Below are positions 1 through 12,499 of a stretch of DNA of 64,000 nt, piece after piece. Origin of the DNA: Eledone cirrhosa (lineage: Eukaryota); NCBI GenBank assembly GCA_964016885.1, contig OZ024751.1, forward strand, positions 7,316,001 to 7,380,000. Reading direction: 5' to 3'. The notes below the pieces were generated by a model. The model was not told the DNA's origin and did not search any database. It saw nothing but the letters and a program-made list of their open reading frames with translations. The stretch's first letter is position 1. Every line of letters starts with the position of its first letter. The position numbers and the translations under genes are program-made.

Positions 1-259
1 CATCCTCTTACGTAATCACCTATATAACTCACCCACACACACACCCCCAACAATTTTTTTCTCCACACGCCACCTACACCCACAACACGCTTAAACCCAC
101 ACACACGTGCTTTCCACCACATATTTAAACCCTCAGCCTCCTGATTCCTCTCCCCCCACCCCTCTATCCACACACGCACATACACTCCGACCTACAACCC
201 CCCCCTACACACACATACCTTTTCCTGAACATGCAACCCCGTTCTTCCCCCAACCCTTA

Positions 260-296
<37 letters not shown>

Positions 297-595
297 ACAC
301 CTACACACACTCACCACCTTCAGCCCTCCCCGCTCAGACACCCCGTCTTCCTCTACCCACTTCACCCGCCACCACCCCTACACACCCCACACCCTTCCAC
401 CACCTGTTTTACCCCCCTTTTAATTTCAGTTTATTTTGATCATGCTTTTATATTTAAATTTATTTCATTCCTTGTATTTTGATCATGCTTTATTTTTATT
501 TTTATTTTTAATTTCATTCGCACCGTTTCCTTTCGCTATATGTCTCTCCACCACTCCCCTACACACCCTTTGAACTCTGTTCCCACACACTTCTC

Positions 596-627
596 ACCCG
601 AGGAAGGGCTTATGCCCGAAACGTCGT
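596..627 (+). ncRNA. Degenerate minimal type-I hammerhead motif (PLE-terminal type)
   Basis: CCGAGGA-A-GGGC-TTAT-GCCC-GAAACGTC: perfect 4-bp stem II, GAAA, palindromic ACGT stem III, GUC triplet. The core has U4->C and stem I is only about 2 bp. It follows a C/A-rich tract resembling a PLE 3' UTR. Confidence 0.55.
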
Positions 628-715
628 TCCCCACCAACACCCCACTCTCCAGAGCGTGAAATTAATAAACATTCGTTCTACTGCCTCTCTGTTTTGTTCC
701 TGTTCAAATTTTTCC

Positions 716-761
<46 letters not shown>

Positions 762-964
762 TATGTACACGTACATACATATATGGATACAGACGTACAG
801 TAGTATGTATATATATATATACATACATGCACACATATATATATGTACGTATGGATTCACCGAACATTTATTATAATGCTCAGTGTGTTTGTAAACAAAC
901 ATCCCATATTAAGCCGTAGTGTCTAGCAACCATCGTTGCTCGTTTGTTCAACACAGACAAAGGA

Positions 965-1007
965 ACGCTGTACTAGTTTCATGCTTATTAACTATCGTCA
1001 GCAACGT
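965..1007 (-). ncRNA. Hammerhead ribozyme, family A (stem II mutated)
   Basis: Reverse complement: ACGTTG CTGACGA TAGTTAATAAGCAT GAAAC TA GTA CAGCGT. Confidence 0.7.
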
Positions 1008-1678
1008 ATACCTTTCAGCGAGATTGTTGAACGTATATACTTACCTTATGCATATTAAGGCTGAGTAGCCTAATTTGTATATCGAGTGAGTTAATCGGCC
1101 GGGTGCACCGAAAACGATAAACGGAAAAAAATGAAAGAAATTTCATTTCCCACTCTTAGTAGGGCTGTTACTTAAATATAATTATGTACACATATATACA
1201 TATATGTATACAGACGTACAGTAGTATGTATATATATATACATACATGCACACATATATATATATATATGTACGTATGGTTTCACCGAACATTTATTATA
1301 ATGCTAGGTGTCTTTGTAAACAAATATCCCGTTTAAGCGGTAAGACACTACGGCTTAATACGGGATGTTTGTTTACAAACACACCGAGCATTATAATAAA
1401 TGTTCGGTGAATCCATACGTACATATATATATGTGTGCATGTATGTATATATATATACATACTACTGTACGTCTGTATACATATATGTATATATGTGTAC
1501 ATACTTATATTTAAGTAACAGCCGTACTAAGAGTTGGAAATGAAATTTCTTTCATTTATTCCGTTTATCGTTTTCGGTGCAACCGGCTGATTAACCCACT
1601 CGATATGCAAATTAGGCTACTCAGCCGTCAATATGCATAACGTAAGTATATACGTTCAACAATCTGGCAGGAAGGTAT

Positions 1679-1721
1679 ACGTTGCTGACGATAGCTAATA
1701 AGCTTGAAACTAGTACAGCGT
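1679..1721 (+). ncRNA. Minimal type-I hammerhead ribozyme, family A
   Basis: Stem I ACGTTG/CAGCGT; core CTGACGA (1685-1691); stem II AGCT-AATA-AGCT closed by a U.U pair; GAAA; palindromic ACTAGT stem III; GUA triplet (cut after 1715). Confidence 0.8.
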
Positions 1722-2698
1722 TCCTTTGTCAGTGTTGAACAAACGAGCAACGATGGTTGCTAGACACTACGGCTTAATACGGGATGTTTGTTTACAAACA
1801 CACCGAGCATTATAATAAATGTTCGGTGAATCCATACGTACATATGTATATGTGTGCATGTATGTATATATATATATACATACTACTGTACGTCTGTATA
1901 CATATATGTATGTACGTGTACATACTTATATTTAAGTAACAGCCGTACTAACAGTGGGAAATGAAATTTCTTTCATTTTTTCCGTTTATATATATATAAA
2001 TTAACTAGAAAATAGAGTTTTGAGACGCGAGTGTATTAGGATTCTCAGGAAATGTGAAAATTCAGCGTATGGAAGCTCACAGAACAGCAAAATACCGTCG
2101 AAGCGGCGTTGGGTAAAATATTACTTCAAGGGACAGAGATCAGCAACTAGATGTGAGTTGACTCGAAACAAAGGAGAGTTTGACATCTGAAGAGCATATT
2201 TTAATGTTTGTGACCTGTTCACTCCATAGGTTAGGTAACGTAAAATACCAGAGTAGACACAAAGTTATTTGCTTCAGTACATCGCAAGTAAATGGCGACC
2301 TCAATTTAAAGACCAGCACTCGAGTTTAGGCCACATTTAATGTAGCAATACTGTGCACAGCATCCACTATCTGCATTTATTATGCACAATCGATGCATGT
2401 GGCTTCATCAACAGGTTTCGCCTAATCAATAACAAATCGATCGACAAAATTCGATTCCAGGCCGTGTCGACTATGACAGTGAATGTGACAAGCAACACGG
2501 TAGTACATTAGCAACTGAAATCCAACGCGTCATCCCAACGCCGTCAACCGATTGGCCACTGTTTGAGAAAGTTACGCGACGTTAGGAGTCGAAATTCAAA
2601 TAGTGCTGCTCCAGCCATAAGCACTCTCCAAATCTCAAACAAAGTAACATGCGAACACACACACACACACACACACACACACTTACACACACACACAC

Positions 2699-2754
<56 letters not shown>

Positions 2755-2960
2755 GTGTATGGGGGGTGGGGTGGGGTGAAAAAAGAAGCGTGAACTTTTG
2801 TACATTTGTACTTGACGACATTTTTTTCGTTTTCCGTGTTACTAGTCAGGCATTTGTGATTTTATATTACTTATAAATTAAATATGAAAAACATTTTAAT
2901 CATTTCTCACCACCACCCCTCTCACTCTCTCAATATATATATATATATATATATGTATAT

Positions 2961-3318
2961 TAGAAAGTGAGATTTTTTTTACAAGTTGAAAAATAACCGA
3001 GGTGTCCTACACGAGTGAAAATATAAAGAAAAAGAGATGAAATCGAAAATGCAACTGGAGTCTTATTTAAAAACAAATATATATATATTTATTTGGTTCC
3101 TTTACCGGTTTCGCAGTTCTTCTGCTTTTGAAAAGTAGAGTTGAGATGGAGGGTCTGTGGTTTTTCTCACATGTGAGAAAAACCACAGACCCTCCATCTC
3201 AACTCTACTTTTGAAAAGCAGAAGAACTGCGAAACCGGTAAAGGAACCAAATAAATATATATATTTTAAAAAAAAATAAGACTCCAGTTGCATTTTCGAT
3301 TTCATCTCTTTTTATTTA
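2961..3318. mobile_element. Fold-back palindromic element with U3:A8 hammerhead in each arm (family B)
   Basis: Near-perfect palindrome centred on CTCACATGTGAG (3171/3172). The same family occurs at 30808 and 38484, all starting TAGAAA(G/C)TGAG after (TA)n. Confidence 0.85.
3208..3243 (+). ncRNA. Minimal hammerhead, U3:A8 variant (family B)
   Basis: CTT TTGAAAA GCAG-AAGAA-CTGC GAAAC CG GTA AAG. The mirror copy at 3100-3135 (minus) has G5->C. Confidence 0.72.
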
Positions 3319-3475
3319 TATATATATATATATATATACTCTGAGATTGTGTCGGTGTAAAATAACGGTAAACATTTACTAATAGACTAAATCCAGCAAT
3401 GTAACAGATACTATGTATCTGTGTATCTTGCCTTATTGGATCTGCAGATTTGGTAGAGTCAAATGCTAATAGATC

Positions 3476-3510
3476 CTGATGAGGACCAGTTCAGTTCAAA
3501 ATGCGCATCC
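3476..3510 (+). ncRNA. Degenerate hammerhead motif
   Basis: CTGATGA GGAC-CAGTTCA-GTTC AAA ATGCGCAT C: G12->A and poor stem I, but stem II and the palindromic stem III are retained. Confidence 0.45.
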
Positions 3511-4419
3511 ATAATTGACCACCTTGCATCTGCTGGACTCCACCAGACGGCGTTAGACGCTGGTGTTTTGGCATAGCCAAGGCTCTCCAAATGTTTATTT
3601 TAAGCGTATCATATTTCTTCTGAAATACGAAATTCCGATACCCCCCCCCCCATATATATATATATATATATACGCGTGAGTGTGCGCGTCTGTGTTTATG
3701 TGTGTGTGTATGTGCGAATGTGTGTGTTCCTTATTATATATATATATAGGAAAAACTGACACACACACATAATTTCTTTCAGATATGTTCGAGTACATAT
3801 GTATATGCTACATCAGTGTTTTGGTGAGAATATATATATTCTCTATTAAATATGCTGAACCCGTTGTAACACAATGTCTCATTATTTCACGACGTGTTGT
3901 AAACTATGATTATATAAAATATATCCATCATGAATAATATAAGACATTAATCTCCCCACAATTATTAATTGTAATCTCAAACCAGCTGTTGGTTTTATAT
4001 GTACAAAGTTATATCTTCTTTATACGATGGCGTTTGTTCAAAGGTAGCTTGATTTATATAAGCGATATTAATGATATTGCCCTGATATTTCCACCATATT
4101 GCTATAATTCGTTTGTAAAGCAAATAAATATGACATTCTGTTTCGTCTATTTAAGTGAGTCATTCCGTATATATATAATCCAATAAAAAATCATACAAGC
4201 TAAAAAGTCATTGTTTCATCATATGTGCGTGTGTGTGTGTGAGTGTGAGTGTGTGTGTGTGTGTATGTTTCTGTGTGTATACTCACACAGGATGGACCAA
4301 AAGTCGCGATACATGGGAACAATAATTGTTTCTTCTAGAAAAGAAAACGTCAAAAAGGAAAGAAATATGGAAACTTACAAAAATTATTATTCTATATTAT
4401 GTATTGCTACTTTTGGTCC

Positions 4420-4495
<76 letters not shown>

Positions 4496-4704
4496 TATGC
4501 ATCATCGTTTACCAAGTTAAACCACCAGTTCTAACCATGGGTAATCAGCCTAACACACACACATATATATATATTGTAAACAGCTTTTCGTCTCATCCCG
4601 CCATCGCCAGCGTGTGTCCACGTGTGTTTTGTTATTTTACTTCTACACGCTGTCGCTTGCCTGCTTTTAATTCCTCTCTGGCATTTTAGCAGTATATATA
4701 TATA

Positions 4705-4762
4705 TAGGAACAAGTATGACCCCGACGGCAGAGAGCTCAAGCCGTTTCGACGGCTAATTCTG
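4705..4762 (-). mobile_element. 3'-terminal fragment of the PLE family at 31.1-32.5 kb (3' half of its hammerhead)
   Basis: Reverse complement AGAATTAGCCGTCGAAACGGCTTGAGCTCTCTGCCGTCGGGGTCATAC matches 32422-32467. Confidence 0.7.
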
Positions 4763-5170
4763 GACCCACTCTACTACCCTAAGTTTTGAGTACGTTGGTG
4801 CGTTATGGTCCATCAGGTTCCTTACCACAATTACTTTGTTATATATATATATATATATTCCATTTCTGTTAGGCTGTTTACCAATGGTTAGAATTGGTGA
4901 TTCGGCTTGGTAGACGATGATGCAATAAATTAATTAAAACACTCAACATTGCGCAAATCATACATCGTAGGTGTAGTATCCCGTAGCTGGTGCAGGAATA
5001 GGGTTATGCATTCATTGAAGCAACAACAGGAAATCACACTGGGAAACTTACTTTGAATTTTAATTCTTCCAAAGGCCTAGACATATTTTGATGGTTCAGC
5101 ACTATCATCCGATATGATGCAAGACTTAACGATTTTATTAGGTGTTATTTGGGTAATTAAAAACAGTGAA

Positions 5171-5460
5171 TGCGTGTGGCTGAATGGTTAGAGAATTGGA
5201 TTCACAATCTTGAGGTTGTAAGTTCGATTCCTGGACCGGGCGATGCGTTATCTCCTTGAGCAAGACACTTTATTTCACGTTGCTCCTTCTACCTGGAGCT
5301 GCCACCGATAGATAGTATTAGCAACTGGAAAGACCGACGAAAACATAGTTTCTTCTGTCCGATTTGACGAAAGTCGATCTATTCTTTCTTGGGTAATTAT
5401 AAAACAGGGTTACGTTGATCATAAACAGAAAATAGAGGACCGATTCGATTCCGGTACTGC
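5171..5460 (+). mobile_element. tRNA-derived SINE
   Basis: A-box-like TGGCTGAATGG and B-box GTTCGATTCC. The body is shared with 45897-46102 and 53838-54003. Confidence 0.8.
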
Positions 5461-6702
5461 CTGCCAATTCCTTGTCACCGCCATGAGAGACTATCCGGAA
5501 AATGCACGCACGCACACATTTAGAATCAACAGAAATCCAGCCTGGAAATCTTTTAAAGTTAATTTATTGGCGCAAAAATCCTATTTACATTTCAATGGCC
5601 CAGTTATATCATCCGATCCTGATGTAAGACGTTGGTGTCATCATCAGGTTCAGATTAGTAAACTAGTTAATCAAGACCACGATAAAGAAAACACAAGCAA
5701 AGAATAGAGAATAGCCTAAAGTGGAATGTATGTTGGGATATTTCAATTTTCTTATATGCCTTCCAATTTCAGTGTAGATTCACTATTGTATATATATATT
5801 TGTCATGTAACCGGATTTCCTGTTCACATTTTGTTAAAGTAAAATTTTAGTGCCTTAGTTTATGATTTGTATATACAACTTTCTTTTCTTCAGATACACG
5901 CAGTATTTGAGGATTCAAATAGTCAGTTTGTCAACAAGGACTGCACTTCTATGTTCCACACAAAAAATGTTAACGATCTCCTCGCACTGAACCTGATAAA
6001 GATCCAAAGTTTGTATTTTATTATGCTGTTCGTTTCTATCAATTATAAGCTCCAAAGTTTTGAACTATGTTTGTAAGGATTGGCAAGATAACTCTCCCCT
6101 TTATTTTCGAATTATCTTATTTCATACTAAACACCAGTCGACAATTTCACAAGTCACATACACTTTGAACTTAAGGAGAGTAGATTTGAAAAAAGTTGTG
6201 GTAAATTTAAAACAGCTTTTAATTATGGAGATAAAAGGAAACATCGACATAAACAGACAGAAACCTAAACAGAATATCGAGATTATTAAATTCTGTTCTA
6301 TGTTAGAGTTAGACAAAATACAGAAATAGTTGAAATTTCATGAAACTTGATGTCGTTGCCAAATTCATGTTGTGTTTCTGTTGCAACATAGTAACTCCAA
6401 TTACTACACTGCCAACAATATTGGTAGGGTTATATTAGTAAGTGTGAGGAAAGTTTCTTTAGTATATCTGCAACAAGGTAATTTTAAGTAGCACACGCAA
6501 TTTATATGTCGGTATGTGTCTTTATATACATGACACGGACAAGTGATGTATGATTATATATATATATATGTGTGTGTATGTGTGTGTATTTATAATGTGT
6601 ATATATATATATATATATATGCGTATATGTAGTGCATGTATGTGTATTTATATATGTATGTATAGTATATATATGTATAGTGTATATTTATATATATATG
6701 TA

Positions 6703-6790
<88 letters not shown>

Positions 6791-7457
6791 TATATATGCA
6801 TATTCATAAAGTTGGACGAACTTAAGACATTTATTTACACTTCACTCAAACACACATACATATACTTAAACAAACGTAATCAAAATTAAAGTAAAACGAC
6901 ACAAATAGTTTCCGGTAAATTTTCATATTGGCATATAATCAAACCTATTAGATTTCTAGATTAGAAATAGTAGCTTGTACCGAAAATAACATTTAGTATA
7001 TAATATCATCTCATAGTTAATTAGTAACAATTAAAACACGCCACATACAATTTCAACTATTAATTACACCTTTAATCAGGAGCTATTTTTGTAATTCTTC
7101 CTTCGGTTAGGTTTATAAATTATCATTAGTTTTCCTCGAAATATGCATTGTGAACGTTATCGAATTTGCATTTATAAATAATCATCCTATTATTCCTTAA
7201 TGATAAAATAAAATGAGATTTACCTTCAACAAAACTTCACCAGTATGTTGTCTATAACACGTTCGATTTGATCTTAACATTATAAAACTACTCACTAGGT
7301 AGCATAAGGTAGTTCACTCTAATGAACTCAATGTTCTCTTCAGATTACCATGAAACATTAGAAAATGCAATAGATCTGGTTTTTGAATGGGTAAACAAAA
7401 AAACATACAGTCCTCTGCATCATTGCAAACTTTATTGACCACCTAAATGATAGACTG

Positions 7458-7610
7458 GGCGGCGAATCAGCAGAGTCATTAGAACGTCGGATAGAATCTA
7501 TGTTATTCGTTCCGACACTCAGCTCACTGAGTTCAAATCCTGCTCAGGTCAACTTTGCCTTTCATCCGTTCAGGGTTGATAAAAAAAATGTCTAGTACTG
7601 AGGTCGATTC
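7458..7610 (+). mobile_element. tRNA-derived SINE (GTCAACTTTGCCTTTCATCC core family)
   Basis: GAGTTCAAATCC B-box plus a core shared with about ten other copies in the window. Confidence 0.75.
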
Positions 7611-8782
7611 TTCCTCTATATCTCTTTCTATCTTTCTCTGGAACAAATCTGCTGTAATGAAGAGGGATGGGCTCCACCAAACAGGTTTACCATGTCCAAG
7701 AAACGACGTATGTCAATACGGCGCCCCTACAATTCTATCACGAGTTACGGGACCATGCATACCATACAAATGATAAACTATACTTGTGAATTGACCCATC
7801 TCATCCAAACCCTACATTAACAGACACACGACTAATAACGTCCTTTCTTTCAAAGTAAGTGATGTCGCCTATATGACTGTTTTCAGTCCCTTGTAGTCCG
7901 TACCACAGTATGGTCGGAGACGAATCAAACAAAAGCAATAAGAGAATATATATATAATTATATACGAATGTGTATGTATGCATGCATATGCATATATGTA
8001 TATATATGTATATATATATATATATAGATATATGTATTATATCAGTTCGCTCTCCAGTGCTAATGGTAAGATGTAACCCAGTACAACCTGTTTCATGGTT
8101 GGGTCGTCGGCGACTAAAGCGGCAAGCTTGGTGGGGATGGTGATATTTGGAGACCCTGCGGGATGAAATTCAAGACCCAGGATAGGGCAGAAAACCTCAG
8201 CAGAGTTAACAGCCATCCAAATAGTACCTTTCTTTTTTGTTAACCTGGGAGTGAAAGGTCCCCCAGTTGTTGTCACGACACCTTTCTAATAGAGGGAAAC
8301 TCTGAAAAAAAAAAAAATTACCTGCGGCTTCGGAAGCCTTCGATGATGTTGACCACTTCTCCTTTTGGGGTAGTGATTTCGATGCTCAAAGAGTGGGATT
8401 GGTCGAGTGCAAGGCATTTCCCCACTTCAAAACTTTCAAAGCACAGGCTTGTTCAGGATCTGTCATAATTGTGTATGGCTGGCCGTACCTGAAAGTGCAC
8501 CATTCTCTGTAATCTGACGAGCGATTGTAATAATCTTAGCAGATTTTACAGCCATCATATGTACGTATATGAATATGTTTACACGTACATTTACATATAC
8601 GTGTAATATTGATGAGTTTGAGAAAGTGTACGCAATAGAAATGAAGAATTACATTATTCATTCCAATGAATTTGAAGGGAGTTGTGTACCTCTGGAGTTA
8701 AACCTGTGAAATAGCAGATGGGAACATGTCTCAGCCATATGCCATTATATATACACATACATACATATATGCACATAAATAA

Positions 8783-8881
<99 letters not shown>

Positions 8882-9304
8882 CTGCAACCCCATGCATTGA
8901 ACCACAATGTTACTAAGACAAAACCTATATGTTTGCTAGCATTGATATGCATCTGTATGTATATAAATGTTACTAGATATAAATTCTTTATAATTTTCTC
9001 CAATTCATTTGTCGAGCAATATTGGCCATGACTGCTGCTATAGTAGTAGGCAGGCCGCTGTCTTATTAACAACTCGCTTTCCACTGATTGACCTCGATGT
9101 CACGTGATTGATTCTTTTTGAATTTGCCACAGACGTAGAGGCAGTGATTTTCTCAATGGCTAGGATTTCAGTCCACGCTTCGCTATTTCCTTTCCACCAA
9201 ATTATTTTTTTAATAAGTTTCCAGTGTCCTCGCTATGCCTGGAAACTTACATGAAAATATACTTTCCTGACGACGGAATGCTTTTATATATATATATATA
9301 TATA

Positions 9305-9417
9305 TATCAACTAGAAATAGATTGACATATATATATATAAAATAAACATGAAACAACCATAGGCAATAATTTGTAAAGAATGTAAGCACACATAGCTAGG
9401 TAGGTAACTAATTAAAG

Positions 9418-9451
<34 letters not shown>

Positions 9452-9632
9452 AATTGAAGAAAATTAGTTGAATAAAAATCTGCCGACTAATTCTTTAACA
9501 AGTATGAAGCACACTTATTTATCCGGAGTTATATTACAGTAAATTAGAGAGATGGCTTTATGCACGATCCCTCTTATATTTAAGAATAAAACAGGGATGT
9601 ACGAATAAAACCATCTCTAATTTACTATGTGC

Positions 9633-9667
<35 letters not shown>

Positions 9668-9730
9668 GTGTACACTCACACACCCACAGGCATACACCCA
9701 CCCACTCACACACACACACACACACACACT

Positions 9731-9784
<54 letters not shown>

Positions 9785-10905
9785 TCAACTAGAAATTGAT
9801 TGACATATATATATAAATTAAACATATGAAACAATCTCAGGGAATAATGTGTAAAGTGTGTAAGCACACACAGCTAGTTAGGTAACTAATTAAAGTTTAA
9901 CTAGGACTTCAAATATAGATACCTTTTAAAATGATTATTCTTCTTTGTATTTATTTCATTAAATTAAAAATATATTTCACCATCAATCGGTAAATCACAG
10001 TAGTAAAAAAACTCGCATTTTCAGCAAAGGAGGAGATTCAGCTATCTGTGTTTACACAGCAAATGCAAATCTACGAGTGACTCGTAGCACGTGTTACGTT
10101 AAAACAAATACACACCTCGTACCAGCGTCATCCCAGTGGTGTGAATAGGATTATCGACAGCTAGAAATAGCAGCCAACACCTTTCAACTGAGTTAGCTCT
10201 ACAATTAAGGGGCCGTATATATATCCATAATTAAATTAAGGGTGTCATGTATGAGAGACATGCGCCATATCCTCTGTAGAATATGCTCAAAGATTCCAAT
10301 GAATAGATCCGAGCATTTTATATCAACTAGATATTTATTGACATATATGTATATATAAAATAAACATATGAAACAATCCCAGGGAATAATTTGTAAAGCG
10401 TCTAAGCACACACAGCTAGATAGGTAACTAATTAAAGTTTGACTAGATCTTCAAGTATAGATACCTTTTAAAATGATTAATCTCCTTTTTATATATTTCA
10501 TTAAATGAAGAAATATATTTCACCATTAATCGGTAAATCACAGTAGTTAAAATTCGATTTTTCAACAAAGGAGAAGATATAACTATCTGTGTTTACAGAG
10601 CAAATGCAAATATGTGAATGACATACAAAGAAAATTAATCATTTGAAAAGGTATCTATATTTGTTATTATATCAGTTCGAGTTAAAAGTTAATTAGTTAC
10701 CTACCTAGCTGTGTGTGCTTACACATTTTACAAATTATTCCCTATGATTGTTTCAGATGTTTATTTTATATATTTTATATTATTTATTTATATTATTTTA
10801 TATTATTTATTTTATATATATATATGTCAATCAATTATTCATTGGAACCTTTGAGCATATTCTACAGAGCATATGGCGCATGTCTCTCAGGCATGACAGC
10901 CTTAA
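9305..10905. repeat. Diverged ~480-540 bp direct repeats plus an inverted copy
   Basis: TATCAACTAGAAAT...TAGGTAACTAATTAAAGTT recurs at about 9305, 9783 and 10321. A reverse-complement copy lies at about 10635-10905. Confidence 0.75.
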
Positions 10906-10913
10906 TTTGATTT

Positions 10914-10975
<62 letters not shown>

Positions 10976-11156
10976 AATATAAATTAGCGAAAACTTCCGA
11001 GATGTGAGGGAAAAGCTCAATAATTCTGACGAACCAGAGTTACATATTATGTTAAAGGCCAAACACACTGAAACGATGGTTAAACCGTCATCCGCACAGA
11101 CATAGAAACGACCAAGTAATTCGGGGCAAACAAATAAAAAAATATGTGATTGAAAA

Positions 11157-11191
<35 letters not shown>

Positions 11192-11192
<1 letters not shown>

Positions 11193-11364
11193 AAAAAGGA
11201 AAAGAATGACTTCACTTGTATATCGAAACAATTTCAATTTAAGTTTATAATATAATCTTACAATTTGGTTTTGTAGATCTACAAAACCAAATTGTAAGAT
11301 TATATTATAAATTAAATTGAAATTGTTTCGAACTACAAGTAAAGTCATTCTTTTCCTTCTTTTA
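11192..11364. repeat. ~170-bp near-perfect palindrome
   Basis: Centred on TTGTAGATCTACAA (11277/11278), with arms GAAAAGAATGACTT.../...AAGTCATTCTTTTC, between TA runs. Confidence 0.85.
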
Positions 11365-11509
11365 CGTATATGTATATATATATATATATTGGTAAACGGA
11401 ATAGAAAATGCTGACAAATTGTTCACAGTTGAAAAATGGTTTAATTAGGAATAAAACAGTATTAGTGATTGTATGGGTTAGTATTCAGTTTTGGTTTTAA
11501 GTTTTTAAG

Positions 11510-11547
11510 TTTTTACCGGTTGCGCATTTCTAAATGCTTTTCAAAAA
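11510..11547 (-). ncRNA. Hammerhead motif, U3:A8 variant, in PLE pseudo-LTR (A13->C mutated)
   Basis: Reverse complement TTT TTGAAAA GCATT-TAGA-AATGC GCAAC CG GTA AAA. Same layout as family B but with a different, fully paired stem II. Confidence 0.6.
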
Positions 11548-11892
11548 TAATTTTGAGATAGAGTGTCCGTGCTGTTTGCTCTGATCTGATTAGTTTTGGG
11601 AATTCTACCTGTTTTTATGTTAAAAAAGTGGCTCCAGCGTTATTTTTGTGTTGCAAAAATGCTTGTGGTCAAAACAATTTTGATTGGTCGGTAGAGGTCA
11701 TGTGAATGTAACAAGTTGATTTTGCGCCAAGACTGTTTTTATGTTAAAATGTAAAAAAAGTGGCTCCAGCAAAAATTATTGGTCAAAACAATTTTGATTG
11801 GTCGGTAGAGGTCATGTGGATAAAAAATTGGTTTTGCGCCAAGATTGAGAAATGACTCTTTCACAACAAATATGTGTGTGTGTGTGTGTGTA

Positions 11893-11939
<47 letters not shown>

Positions 11940-12499
11940 AGTAGTAGTAGTAAGGTGTTCGATGCTGCGACAATGGCCAGTAGCGATGTCTGTCAAATGG
12001 CTATTAAGATAAGTGTGTGTGTGTGTATATATATAGCAGAGTCATTCGAAGGTCAAAAGATATTTTTCAGCTTTTGTCTTATACGGGGAAGTGTGTGTGT
12101 GTGTATATAAGTCTCTTTGTATGTTGATGTACGCGTGTGTATGTGTTTGTGTATATATGTGTGTGTGTGTGGGGGGGGGGGGGACCAGTATTTTTTCCCC
12201 CTGGTAAAATGGTGTACATTATTCGATTTTTTCAGTAAAATCGGTTCTCTTAATAGAACATCAAAAATCTTAACAATAAAAGGTGTGAAATGATATTCAC
12301 TATATATATATACACACATACACACATTCACTACATATATATATATATATACATATATACATACATATATATGCACATATATTTTTTTGTATTGCACCAT
12401 AGAGCATGTGTGTTTACGTGTGTCATTGTGTTTATATGTGGGTAGAGATGTGTGCTGATGTAGGTATGTATGTTGACGTGTGTATGTTGTGGGTTCGTC

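Larger units (their letters stand above)
757..1988. mobile_element. Non-coding ~420-bp tandem element with hammerhead, in divergent fold-back arrangement (retrozyme-like family A)
   Basis: AGACACTACGGCTTAATACGGG recurs at 1343 and 1762 (period 419). 757-1341 is the reverse complement of the same unit. Flanked by TA runs. Confidence 0.85.

Noticed and set aside
2145-2215. GAAAC...CTGAAGA as a type-II hammerhead
   Set aside because: Stem I and stem II cannot form.
5171-5245. tRNA genes at SINE heads (also 46152, 53843)
   Set aside because: A/B boxes are present but cloverleaves are incomplete and followed by SINE bodies.
4860-7395. Possible small plus-strand host exons (e.g. 7344-7390 YHETLENAIDLVFEW; acceptor near 5893)
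   Set aside because: Splice-like motifs are expected by chance in AT-rich DNA, and no recognisable protein emerges. RNA-seq would be needed.
8040-8520. GC-richer segment as a LINE 5' UTR with HDV-like ribozyme
   Set aside because: Could not assemble the nested double pseudoknot by eye, and there is no adjacent ORF.
11026-11095. CTGACGA...GAAACG...GTC
   Set aside because: No consistent stem I or stem II pairing.
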